The notes under the pieces: model-generated
The model's database searches: none
The model's input: only the letters and a program-made list of their open reading frames with translations
Told to the model about the DNA's origin: nothing
NCBI GenBank assembly: GCA_035565175.1
Contig: DATMSZ010000085.1
Span: 2,325-66,324 of the forward strand
Source: Pseudosphingobacterium sp.
GTDB lineage: Bacteria > Bacteroidota > Bacteroidia > Sphingobacteriales > Sphingobacteriaceae
Reading direction: 5' to 3'
DNA length: 64,000 bases
Position numbers and translations under genes: made by a program
In this document: piece after piece, positions 1 to 8,085 of the stretch
Position numbering within the stretch: position 1 is the first letter of the stretch
Layout of the letters: every line of letters begins with the position of its first letter

Positions 1-1
1 A

Positions 2-514
2 CTTACGGGAGAGTCTATTCCAATGGTAGTGCTGAAAGATGCAGCGGGAAAAGATTTTGATCTAAATAAAGCGGTGTCACATAAACCAACGATCTTAATT
101 TTTTACAGAGGTGGTTGGTGCCCTTATTGCTCCAAACAACTTTCCGGCTTGCAGGAAATAGCTCCTGAACTTGAAAAGGCGGGCTATCAATTGATTGCCA
201 TTAGTACCGATAAACCGGAAGGGTTAATGGAGTCGGCCAGCAAAGAAGAATTAGGCTACACCTTGCTTTCTGACGCTGATCTGAATGTATCCAAAGGTTT
301 TGGCCTTGCATATAAAGCGCCCAAAGGTTATTGGGAAATGTTGCCAAAAACCACTGGCGGTATGGATGTAGATCTTTTGCTCCCTGTACCTTCGGTGTTT
401 ATTCTGGATAGGAAAGGAGCGATACACTTTGAATACATCAACCCGGATTTTAAACAACGTCTCAATCCTGATTTACTCAAGGTTGTTGCGCAAAAAATCT
501 ATAACGAACTATAA
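2..514 (+). CDS. Peroxiredoxin-like redoxin (AhpC/TSA, thioredoxin fold); 5' end probably cut by the window edge
   Basis: ORF 23..514. The frame stays open back to nt 2. The motif IFYRGGWCPYC is typical of the redoxin/peroxiredoxin-like family. The listed Met aligns with an internal position of such proteins. Confidence 0.7.
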   Translation, partial: LTGESIPMVVLKDAAGKDFDLNKAVSHKPTILIFYRGGWCPYCSKQLSGLQEIAPELEKAGYQLIAISTDKPEGLMESASKEELGYTLLSDADLNVSKGFGLAYKAPKGYWEMLPKTTGGMDVDLLLPVPSVFILDRKGAIHFEYINPDFKQRLNPDLLKVVAQKIYNEL

Positions 515-515
515 T

Positions 516-983
516 ATGAGAGGTTTAATCGGTTCTTTTCAAACGAAAACTGCCTTACTGGTTTTAGCATTGTTACTGGTTTTAGGCGTAGAATATTCGT
601 CCGCACAGAAGAAGGAAAAAGCGATGGGAGAGGAGGGGATTGCCTTTTCAACTGGTAAATGGCAGGACGTGCTTGCCGAGGCAAAAAAAAGCGGTAAGTA
701 TATTTTTGTAGATGCTTATACGTCTTGGTGCGGTCCTTGTAAATTGCTTAAGTCAAAAACCTTTAAAGAGGAGAAAGCGGCAGACTATTTCAATGCACAC
801 TTCGTTAACTACACATTAGATATGGAGAAAGGTGAAGGTATATCGCTCGCCGAGCAGTGGGCTGTAACAGCTTACCCCACCTTGCTTTTCTTCAATCCGA
901 ATGGTAAATTGGTGATGCGGCAGGTGGGCTTTGTGAATGGGGATAAATTAATTGATTTTGGTCAACAGGCAAAATCAAAGTGA
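516..983 (+). CDS. Secreted thioredoxin-fold protein (WCGPC active site)
   Basis: ORF 429..983. The ATG at 516 gives a signal peptide (MRGLIGSFQTKTALLVLALLLVLG...SSAQ). It has the SWCGPCK redox motif. Confidence 0.75.
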   Translation: MRGLIGSFQTKTALLVLALLLVLGVEYSSAQKKEKAMGEEGIAFSTGKWQDVLAEAKKSGKYIFVDAYTSWCGPCKLLKSKTFKEEKAADYFNAHFVNYTLDMEKGEGISLAEQWAVTAYPTLLFFNPNGKLVMRQVGFVNGDKLIDFGQQAKSK

Positions 984-1022
984 TAATGTTAGCAATAAGG
1001 CTCCCTTACAGTGAATTAAAAA

Positions 1023-1874
1023 ATGATTAGCGAATACAATGAGAAAGCAACGCTCGGCCGCTTTGTTATGCATATCAATAACAGGCAGCTAGGAGGTAAA
1101 GGGTTACGTAATCCTGCGCCTTATCCTATCAATACCTTTATCTATAATAAGGGAAAGGCGCAAAAAGTTGTTATAGATGAAATTACTTATACAATGCCTG
1201 GGTTCTGTATACTACCACTGGTCTCTAATCAGCATTTTTCATTTGAACACCCGGAAGCATTGATAGCTTGGCAGTTTAATCGGGAGTTTTACTGTATCCT
1301 TGACCACGATGCGGAGGTAGGTTGTGTGGGCTTTCTGTTCTACGGTATTCAGCACCCGATGTTTATTACCCTAGAGCCTGGAGAAGCGGCGGAGATAGCC
1401 TATCTTGAAAAAGCATTTTCTGATGAGCTGCAGGTGAGGGATAATTTCCAGGGAGAAATGCTACGCACCTTGCTGAAAAGGGTAATTATTAAAACCACGC
1501 GTATAGCGAAGCAGCAGAGCGAAAGCTACCGCTTATTTCCGGACGAGAAGATGGACCTTGTGCGTAAGTTCTCGCTGCTATTGGAAGGAAATTTCAAGCA
1601 AGAACATGAGGTGCGATTTTATGCTGCTGCATTGAACAAGTCGCCTAAGACGTTGAGCAATGTGTTTGCCTTGCTAAAGCAGCCCGCGCCGTCTGTGCTT
1701 ATCCGTGACCGGATCATTTTGGAAGCGAAGCGTTACTTACATTATACTGATAAGTCTGCTAAAGAAATAGCCTATGAGCTGGGTTTTGAAAGCCCTGCCC
1801 ATTTTAGCCGTTATTTCAAACTAAATACGGGTAACAACATTACTGAATTCAGGACAATAGAAGAAAACGATTAA
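1023..1874 (+). CDS. AraC-family transcriptional regulator
   Basis: C-terminal HTH signature (KEIAYELGFESPAHFSRYFK). Confidence 0.8.
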   Translation: MISEYNEKATLGRFVMHINNRQLGGKGLRNPAPYPINTFIYNKGKAQKVVIDEITYTMPGFCILPLVSNQHFSFEHPEALIAWQFNREFYCILDHDAEVGCVGFLFYGIQHPMFITLEPGEAAEIAYLEKAFSDELQVRDNFQGEMLRTLLKRVIIKTTRIAKQQSESYRLFPDEKMDLVRKFSLLLEGNFKQEHEVRFYAAALNKSPKTLSNVFALLKQPAPSVLIRDRIILEAKRYLHYTDKSAKEIAYELGFESPAHFSRYFKLNTGNNITEFRTIEEND

Positions 1875-1884
1875 ATACAAGGTA

Positions 1885-2436
1885 ATGGTACAAATAAAAA
1901 TTCCAGATAGCGCGACGCTAAGTGAAGCAAATAGGAATTACGTTGAATACTTTGGTAAAAGGCTCGGTCATGTTCCAAATCTGTATTTGTATATGATGCA
2001 CTCGGCATCTGCATTTGGCACCTTTTATACCTTTCATAATAGAAAAACATCACTCTCACTAAGGGAGCGGGAAGTGATCAGTTTGGTGATGGCAGAGGTG
2101 AATAAATCGCTTTATTGCTTGAGTGCACATACGATGATTGCTAAGTTGAATGGCTTCGATGAGGAACAGATCATACAGGTTAGACAGGGGAAAGCGGATT
2201 TTGACCCTAAGTTGGATGCTTTGGCAGGCTTGGTGAAACGGCTGGCAGAAAAAACAAATCTGGGTCTCACCACTGAATTAGCGGCTTTTTTCGAAGCTGG
2301 TTATACACGTGAAAATCTCGTGGACGCCTTGCAGGCAATGGGTGAGAATATTATCAGCAATTTAACGGCAAAAACATTAACAGTACCGATAGATTTTCCG
2401 TTGGCTCAAGCGCTCAATGAAGATGAAAATAAATGA
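1885..2436 (+). CDS. Carboxymuconolactone decarboxylase / AhpD-like family protein
   Basis: AhpD-like core (NKSLYCLSAHT). It lies 10 bp downstream of the AraC gene. Confidence 0.6.
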   Translation: MVQIKIPDSATLSEANRNYVEYFGKRLGHVPNLYLYMMHSASAFGTFYTFHNRKTSLSLREREVISLVMAEVNKSLYCLSAHTMIAKLNGFDEEQIIQVRQGKADFDPKLDALAGLVKRLAEKTNLGLTTELAAFFEAGYTRENLVDALQAMGENIISNLTAKTLTVPIDFPLAQALNEDENK

Positions 2437-2451
2437 TGGAGTAGAGAGAGC

Positions 2452-2484
2452 GTCTAAAAGGTCTGCTTACTGACCCTTTTAGAC
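2452..2484. terminator. Hairpin between convergent genes (candidate bidirectional terminator)
   Basis: GTCTAAAAGG (2452-2461) pairs perfectly with CCTTTTAGAC (2475-2484). It can extend by 2 bp with one bulge. It sits between the stops at 2436 (+) and 2500 (-). Confidence 0.55.
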
Positions 2485-2499
2485 ACCCTTAGCTATTTA

Positions 2500-3396
2500 T
2501 TAATTAACCAAATAACCCGCTGTGGCGATGTCTGTAAGCAGATCGGTAGCTTTTGTTTCCCAGCCTAAGGCTTCGCGCGTTTTCTTACTGGAGGCAGCGC
2601 AGTCTAAACCAGCGAAATGGACAAACCAACCAAAGTGTGCAGCAGCATGATCACCGGTTTTGCTAACTACAGGCAGCTTTAGGCCTTCGCCAATCTCCTC
2701 CGCAATTTTCCGGAAAGGAATACCTTCTTCGGCTACTGCATGGAATACTTTGAGTGCCGGGCGTTTTTCTACGATCAACCGATAGAGCACGGCTGCATCC
2801 GAGCGGTGTACCGCTGGCCATTGATTGTTGCCCTCGGCTATATAGGCTGATTCACCTTTTTCGCGAGCAAGGCCAATCACAAGTGGCACAAAGCCATGAT
2901 CGCCCCTATCATGTACGCTTGCTGGTAAACGCACGGTATACACATCAACGCCTTTGGCGGCCACAGCTTGTGCGGCTTCTTCCGAAGCGGCCCTTGGAAT
3001 GACGTCGGAACCGGCCGACAGCGGGTCGTCCTCCGTAAGCAGATGCTCATAGTGCAGAAGACCTATGCCGGAAGTAATGATAAGCGGCTTATCCGAACCG
3101 GAAAGCGCTTCGCCTAGTGTTTCAATTACCTGACGGTCGGCCTCGCAGTTGGCCTTGTATTGCGAAAAGTCATGATTAAAGGCTGTATGGATGACGGCAT
3201 CACAGGTGCTGGCCCCATGTTGGAGGGCAGCCGGATCGTTCACATCTCCTCGATAGCTTGCTGCGCCAGCAATTGTTAGTTGTTCGGCTGCTCGATCTGA
3301 ACGAACTAGGCCGAGCACCTCATGTCCGTTCTGCAAAAGCTCTTGTACAATGGCGGAGCCCACAAATCCTGAGGCTCCAGTTACAAATACACGCAT
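2500..3396 (-). CDS. NAD(P)-binding SDR-superfamily protein (epimerase/NmrA-like, atypical SDR)
   Basis: N-terminal MRVFVTGASGFVGSAIV Rossmann motif; about 298 aa. Confidence 0.8.
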   Translation of the reverse strand: MRVFVTGASGFVGSAIVQELLQNGHEVLGLVRSDRAAEQLTIAGAASYRGDVNDPAALQHGASTCDAVIHTAFNHDFSQYKANCEADRQVIETLGEALSGSDKPLIITSGIGLLHYEHLLTEDDPLSAGSDVIPRAASEEAAQAVAAKGVDVYTVRLPASVHDRGDHGFVPLVIGLAREKGESAYIAEGNNQWPAVHRSDAAVLYRLIVEKRPALKVFHAVAEEGIPFRKIAEEIGEGLKLPVVSKTGDHAAAHFGWFVHFAGLDCAASSKKTREALGWETKATDLLTDIATAGYLVN

Positions 3397-3470
3397 AGAA
3401 TTACATTTTGTTTCTTACAAAATTGAACGATTGCAGATGGCTAAACAAGGTCATTTGACCATACTTTCAT

Positions 3471-4052
3471 TTAGCGTTGAAGCTGCGCGTGACGGATACG
3501 GGTAAGGGTTTTGAGCGATATACCTAGATAAGCTGCGATCATACGTAAAGGCAGTCGCGATCGGAAATTAGGGTGGCTCTGGATAAAGTCTGCGTATTTC
3601 TCTTCTGGTGTGGCACTTAAGATGGTGAGCATGCGTTGCCGACTGCGGTAGACATTTCGTACAATGATCTGGTCGGCTAATTGTTTGAATGCCGGAATTT
3701 CGGCTAATAGTCTGTTGAAATCATTACGATGCCAGAGCAAAATGTTACTCGTTTCTATGGCATCAATACTGAAACGGGAAGGTACCTGCTGGTCATAGCT
3801 TTCCACATCCAGCGTCCATGTCAGCTCGGGTGAAAATTGTAAGATGTGCTCATTGCCCTCTACTGTGGTATTAAAGGTTCGCAGCAAGCCCTTTACGATA
3901 AATATTTTATGCCGGCAAATTTCTCCAGTGCGGAGTATGAACTCGTTACGACGTAGCGTTCTCGGAATAGCTAGGCTACTGATCCGGCGGATCGCCTCGT
4001 TCGTTAGGCAGTCCTGTGCAGCGAGATATTTTTCGAATTCGGTAAGCATCAC
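3471..4052 (-). CDS. Crp/Fnr-family transcriptional regulator
   Basis: cNMP-binding-like N-terminal domain plus a C-terminal HTH (RMIAAYLGISLKTLTRIR). Confidence 0.8.
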   Translation of the reverse strand: MMLTEFEKYLAAQDCLTNEAIRRISSLAIPRTLRRNEFILRTGEICRHKIFIVKGLLRTFNTTVEGNEHILQFSPELTWTLDVESYDQQVPSRFSIDAIETSNILLWHRNDFNRLLAEIPAFKQLADQIIVRNVYRSRQRMLTILSATPEEKYADFIQSHPNFRSRLPLRMIAAYLGISLKTLTRIRHAQLQR

Positions 4053-4070
4053 ACAAAAATAGCAAACATT

Positions 4071-4427
4071 TTATTCAAATTTTTTCAAAATGACAGTCCG
4101 TAAACGCTCTTCGTTTTCGTCTCCCCACCGACCGATAGTAGCGATAACCGGTATCAATGTCTCTCCAAATTTGGTTAGGTTATATTCAACTTTTGGAGGA
4201 ACAACGGGATAGATTTTTTTTGTAATCAATTCGTGGTCTTCCATTTCGTTTAGCTGCATATTTAATACCCTGCGTGATGCGTCCGGAATCTTGCGCTGTA
4301 ATTCGCTCGGACGCCGATACCCTTCATTGATAAACCATAGCAAACGGATTTTCCATTTTCCATAGAGCACTTCGCCAATCAAGTCAAGACCACAGTTTAG
4401 GCTCGGAAGTATTTTTCTTTCGTACAT
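4071..4427 (-). CDS. HxlR-family winged-helix transcriptional regulator
   Basis: LYGKWKIRLLWFI motif; about 118 aa. It is divergent from an SDR gene, a classic HxlR pairing. Confidence 0.8.
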   Translation of the reverse strand: MYERKILPSLNCGLDLIGEVLYGKWKIRLLWFINEGYRRPSELQRKIPDASRRVLNMQLNEMEDHELITKKIYPVVPPKVEYNLTKFGETLIPVIATIGRWGDENEERLRTVILKKFE

Positions 4428-4549
4428 AAGACAAAAATAAACCTATGTTACTAATTGTACAATATGGGAGTAATTTATCCCTATCTGATTCGTAACTCCG
4501 TACTTGCTGGAATTCGCAGTACATCAGAACTTTGCAAAAAAGAAATATA

Positions 4550-5344
4550 ATGAAAAAGAATTTTGATTTCAATAACGAATTGTCGAGTAAGATAGCCTTG
4601 GTAACAGGTGGAACAAAGGGTGCTGGTAGGGCAATAGCCGAACGTCTACTGCTTGGCGGAGCAACAGTTATCGTCACGGCAAGAAATAAGCCGGAAATAA
4701 TAAATGAAAATCTTCATTTCATTTCAGCAGACCTAAGCAAACGGGAAGGTACTCAACATGTGGTGAAAGAGGTCTTATCAGTATTTGGACGGCTAGATGT
4801 GCTTATAAATAATATGGGTGGTTCTGAAACCCCTGGCGGTGGTTTCGCTGCGCTCTCTAATGAAGATTGGGAAGAGGCTATTCAAACCAATTTGTTGGCG
4901 TCCGTAAGGTTAGACAAAGGATTTTTACCCCAGATGATTGAACAAGGGCATGGAGTTGTTATTCATATTGCATCCATCCAGGGCAGACTACCACTTTATG
5001 ATGCAACCTTGCCCTATGCAGCAGCTAAAGCAGCACTGATCAATTATAGCAAAGGTCTTTCGAAAGAAGTATCATCCAAGGGCGTTCGCGTATTGACGGT
5101 TTCTCCAGGTTGGATCATGACATCCGCCTCAGTCAGGATGATGGAACGCATTGCAGAAAGCGCAAATAGCACAATAGAACAAGCTACGCAAAGCGTGATG
5201 GAAGCTTTAGGAGGAATACCCATTGGCAGTCCCGCACAACCGGAGGACATAGCCGAATTAGTGGGTTTCTTAGTATCTCCACGTGCCCGCTACCTTACAG
5301 GAACGGAATTTGTAATTGATGGTGGAACAATCCCAACAATTTAG
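4550..5344 (+). CDS. Short-chain dehydrogenase/reductase (classical SDR)
   Basis: ALVTGGTKGAGRAIA cofactor motif and YAAAK catalytic motif. The track start at 4532 is a TTG, so I prefer the ATG at 4550. Confidence 0.85.
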   Translation: MKKNFDFNNELSSKIALVTGGTKGAGRAIAERLLLGGATVIVTARNKPEIINENLHFISADLSKREGTQHVVKEVLSVFGRLDVLINNMGGSETPGGGFAALSNEDWEEAIQTNLLASVRLDKGFLPQMIEQGHGVVIHIASIQGRLPLYDATLPYAAAKAALINYSKGLSKEVSSKGVRVLTVSPGWIMTSASVRMMERIAESANSTIEQATQSVMEALGGIPIGSPAQPEDIAELVGFLVSPRARYLTGTEFVIDGGTIPTI

Positions 5345-5356
5345 CTTGATACTATA

Positions 5357-5392
5357 TCCATCGTCCTCGGTACTTGCCTTTGGGACGATGGA
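5357..5392. terminator. Hairpin between convergent genes
   Basis: TCCATCGTCC (5357-5366) pairs perfectly with GGACGATGGA (5383-5392), with a 16-nt loop. It lies between the stops at 5344 (+) and 5419 (-). There is no clear U-tract. Confidence 0.5.
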
Positions 5393-5418
5393 AAAATAGC
5401 TGCTATTATGTCTTGCAC

Positions 5419-5937
5419 TCACGACTTGAGCCAAGGTTTCATCAGTTTAGTTAATATCGGCATAACTACCCACGTTAAAAGCACGACCATTAGAGTTGCT
5501 ATAATAAAGAGGCGGGCCATCATTGGTAAATCGTTGATCAAAGGACCTACTGTTAAGGAAAGCAACATGCTGGTAGGAAAAACACCGCACAGTGTAGCAA
5601 TGGCCATTTTCCACCGCGGTGGCGGCACGGGCGAACGAAACCAGGCTTCAAGCCCATTTAGTTCCCGGTAAACAGGTTCTTCTGTAACGGTTGAAGCATA
5701 GGCCTCCCACTTCTTAAATGCTGCCGAATCATAAAAAGCGTCTCGCTCCGCCTTATCTTTAAATGTGCGCAAAATGCCGATCTCCCGACTTTCTGTGCCC
5801 GGTAGGGCTGTGATCATGGAAGCGCCATGCACGCCACCATGAGCGAAAGAATCTCCTAAAAATTGACGAAGTGCTTCTTTAAATTCTTCTTCCTTTCCCG
5901 GTAAAATTTTTCGGGTGATAGCAACGTGTAAAGGCAT
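5419..5937 (-). CDS. ABM (antibiotic-biosynthesis-monooxygenase-like) domain protein with a C-terminal membrane segment
   Basis: ABM-like N-terminus (PLHVAITRKILPGKEEEF...) followed by hydrophobic helices. The track start at 5964 is a TTG, so I prefer the ATG at 5937. Confidence 0.55.
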   Translation of the reverse strand: MPLHVAITRKILPGKEEEFKEALRQFLGDSFAHGGVHGASMITALPGTESREIGILRTFKDKAERDAFYDSAAFKKWEAYASTVTEEPVYRELNGLEAWFRSPVPPPRWKMAIATLCGVFPTSMLLSLTVGPLINDLPMMARLFIIATLMVVLLTWVVMPILTKLMKPWLKS

Positions 5938-6082
5938 ATATTTATTATTTAAATCCTTATCCAAAGATCGTATTTTATGCGAATTTTAATATGACCTTAC
6001 TCACCTAGGTAATTTTTTATATATTCGAAAATATTTTTAAGCTATCTATACGATAGAAAACCCAGTGTAAACCTAATCTTCC

Positions 6083-6673
6083 ATGAACGAAAAAAGAGAT
6101 CGTGCCTTGTTGCAGCGTTTTATTTTGGGCGATGATTCGGCTTTTGCGGAATTATACAACAGTTGTTGGGAAAAGCTTTTTTTATATGCTGTTCGTGTTT
6201 TGGGCGACGATAATGACGCTGAAGATGTGGTGCAGGATGCCTTTGTTTCTTTCTGGAAGTATCGGAAATGTGCAGAAAATATTGAGCATATAGATCATTA
6301 TTTATTGGCGATTGTGCGGAACAATGCGGTGAAAGTTATTCGACGTAACATTGAAACACGAAATTACCTAAGCTCTATTAAATCTTTTTTTGATGAACTG
6401 GCAAGTGCTTCGGATGAAGCTTTCATGGCAAAGGGACTGGAGCAGTTTTTTGATGCGGAAATTGAGAAGCTCCCAAATAAAATGCGAGAAATCTTCATTC
6501 TAAGCCGTAAAGAACAACTTAGCCATAAGCAAATTGCAGAAAGACTCGGTATCTCCAATGAGACGGTAAAAAAGCAAATCTACAATTCACTCAAAACACT
6601 CCGCGCTAAGCTTAATAAAGACCAATATAGCGCGCTGTTCCTCTTGCTAATTATTAAGTTCTATTGCTCGTAA
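6083..6673 (+). CDS. ECF-type RNA polymerase sigma-70 factor (PUL-A)
   Basis: Region 2 (DAEDVVQDAFVSFW) and region 4 HTH (LSHKQIAERLGISNETVKKQIYNSLKTLR). A FecR gene follows. Confidence 0.85.
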   Translation: MNEKRDRALLQRFILGDDSAFAELYNSCWEKLFLYAVRVLGDDNDAEDVVQDAFVSFWKYRKCAENIEHIDHYLLAIVRNNAVKVIRRNIETRNYLSSIKSFFDELASASDEAFMAKGLEQFFDAEIEKLPNKMREIFILSRKEQLSHKQIAERLGISNETVKKQIYNSLKTLRAKLNKDQYSALFLLLIIKFYCS

Positions 6674-6816
6674 TAAAATTTCTTTTTGATTGATTTTGCA
6701 TGTCCTCTCGCAAAAAAATGAAATTTGGGCAAGCGCTAAATTTTTTTTCATTTCATCTACCACTTTCTTCTTTTTTGCTACTCTTCTAAGAAAGACCATT
6801 ATAAAACTAAAAACAG

Positions 6817-7974
6817 ATGACCGAAGAGGAAATCAAATTATTGTTAGAACGTTATGCTAGTGATTTATGCACACCCGATGAAAAAGAGTGGGTGGAGGCA
6901 TGGTTGCGCCACGAAGCAACGCAGTCAGACTGGTCGTGGAGGAATAAAAGTCACCTACAGAAGGTAAAGCAACGTATCGCAACGAAAATTGAGCAAGAGG
7001 TGCCTATTAGCATTCGAAAGCGCGCTACGTTCAATTATTGGCTAGCGGGAATAGCTGCAACCTTTTTGTTGTTGGTAATGAGTGTTGTCTTTTTGCAACG
7101 AAACCGTCATGAACAACTTAATGCTCAAAATATAATTGCATTGCCGGAACAGATAGGCGGACCAAAGCTGACCATGGCCGACGGAACGGTCATTGATTTG
7201 GCGGACTTGAAAGCGGGAACAACGAATAGGCAAGGGCAGGCATCGATAAAAAAACTGGAAGGGAATAGCTTGATCTACGCCTATCAAAATAATATGGAGA
7301 CTGAGCCTATTGAAAAGCAATTTAATACATTACGTATACCAGCCGGCACCTCTTATCAATTGGCGCTGCCCGATGGGAGCAAGGTCTGGCTCAACGCTTG
7401 TTCGGAGCTTTCTTTTCCGACGGTTTTTGATAAGGAAAGTCGGAAGGTGTCGTTAAAAGGTGAAGCCTATTTTGAGGTGGCTCGACAAAGCAAGCAGCCA
7501 TTTATTGTAGAGGCAAATGGGAGCCAGATTTCGGTCATCGGCACGGCATTTAATGTTTCGGCCTATCGGGATGAAGAAAAGGTGATCACTACCTTAACGG
7601 AAGGAGCAGTAGCTGTTTCGTTGAACAATCATGGCCTTATTTTAAAGCCTAATGAACAGGCAACAGCAGACCTCACAAACCGCCGTATTGGAAAAGCGCA
7701 GGTAGATCCGGAAGTTTTTTTAGCTTGGAAAAGCGACTACTTTGTGTTTGACGATTTAGATATTAAATCGATTATGCATCAAATTTCACGTTGGTACAAC
7801 ATAGAAGTGGTCTTTCAAGGAAATATTCCTACTAAGAAATTTGGAGGTACTTTTTCGCGGTCAAAGTCTATTGAAGAGTTATTGGCTTATTTAGAGCAAT
7901 TAGGAAATATACGGTTTAAGTTGAACGATATTTCATTTATACAAAAGGAAAGGAGGATTATTGTTATGCCTTAA
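6817..7974 (+). CDS. FecR-family anti-sigma factor (PUL-A)
   Basis: One central transmembrane helix (YWLAGIAATFLLLVMSVVFL). FecR periplasmic motifs are present (LPDGSKVWLNACSELSFP, GEAYFEV, VIGTAFNVSAY). Confidence 0.85.
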   Translation: MTEEEIKLLLERYASDLCTPDEKEWVEAWLRHEATQSDWSWRNKSHLQKVKQRIATKIEQEVPISIRKRATFNYWLAGIAATFLLLVMSVVFLQRNRHEQLNAQNIIALPEQIGGPKLTMADGTVIDLADLKAGTTNRQGQASIKKLEGNSLIYAYQNNMETEPIEKQFNTLRIPAGTSYQLALPDGSKVWLNACSELSFPTVFDKESRKVSLKGEAYFEVARQSKQPFIVEANGSQISVIGTAFNVSAYRDEEKVITTLTEGAVAVSLNNHGLILKPNEQATADLTNRRIGKAQVDPEVFLAWKSDYFVFDDLDIKSIMHQISRWYNIEVVFQGNIPTKKFGGTFSRSKSIEELLAYLEQLGNIRFKLNDISFIQKERRIIVMP

Positions 7975-8001
7975 TATGTATCATGCAAGAAGGTTATAAA
8001 A

Positions 8002-8035
8002 AACCAGAAGTGTTTGCTCCACTTCCGGTTTATTT
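8002..8035 (+). terminator. Hairpin plus T-rich tail downstream of the anti-sigma gene
   Basis: AACCAGAAGTG (8002-8012) pairs with CACTTCCGGTT (8020-8030) with one A.C mismatch. The loop is 7 nt. An A-run precedes it and TATTT follows. Confidence 0.55.
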
Positions 8036-8085
8036 AGGTAACCAATTTATTGTAAACCACAATTAATTAATTAAAACCTATACAA

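Noticed and set aside
4432-4439. TATTTTTG (-7 box match, minus strand) upstream of the HxlR gene
   Set aside because: It ends only 4 nt before the ATG, which is incompatible with a normal leader. It is either a chance match or a sign of a leaderless transcript, and I cannot distinguish the two.
4384-4677. 97-aa minus-strand ORF spanning the HxlR/SDR divergent promoter
   Set aside because: It overlaps both the HxlR start and the SDR 5' end and has no motif. It is a chance ORF.
8055-8078. Shared AACCACA...AAAACC motif in the fecR-susC spacers of PUL-A (8055-8078) and PUL-B (23846-23867) as a possible ECF promoter
   Set aside because: The elements are short and A-rich, the spacing differs (18 versus 16 nt), the distance to the start codons is inconsistent, and PUL-C has no counterpart. 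This is not enough to call a promoter.
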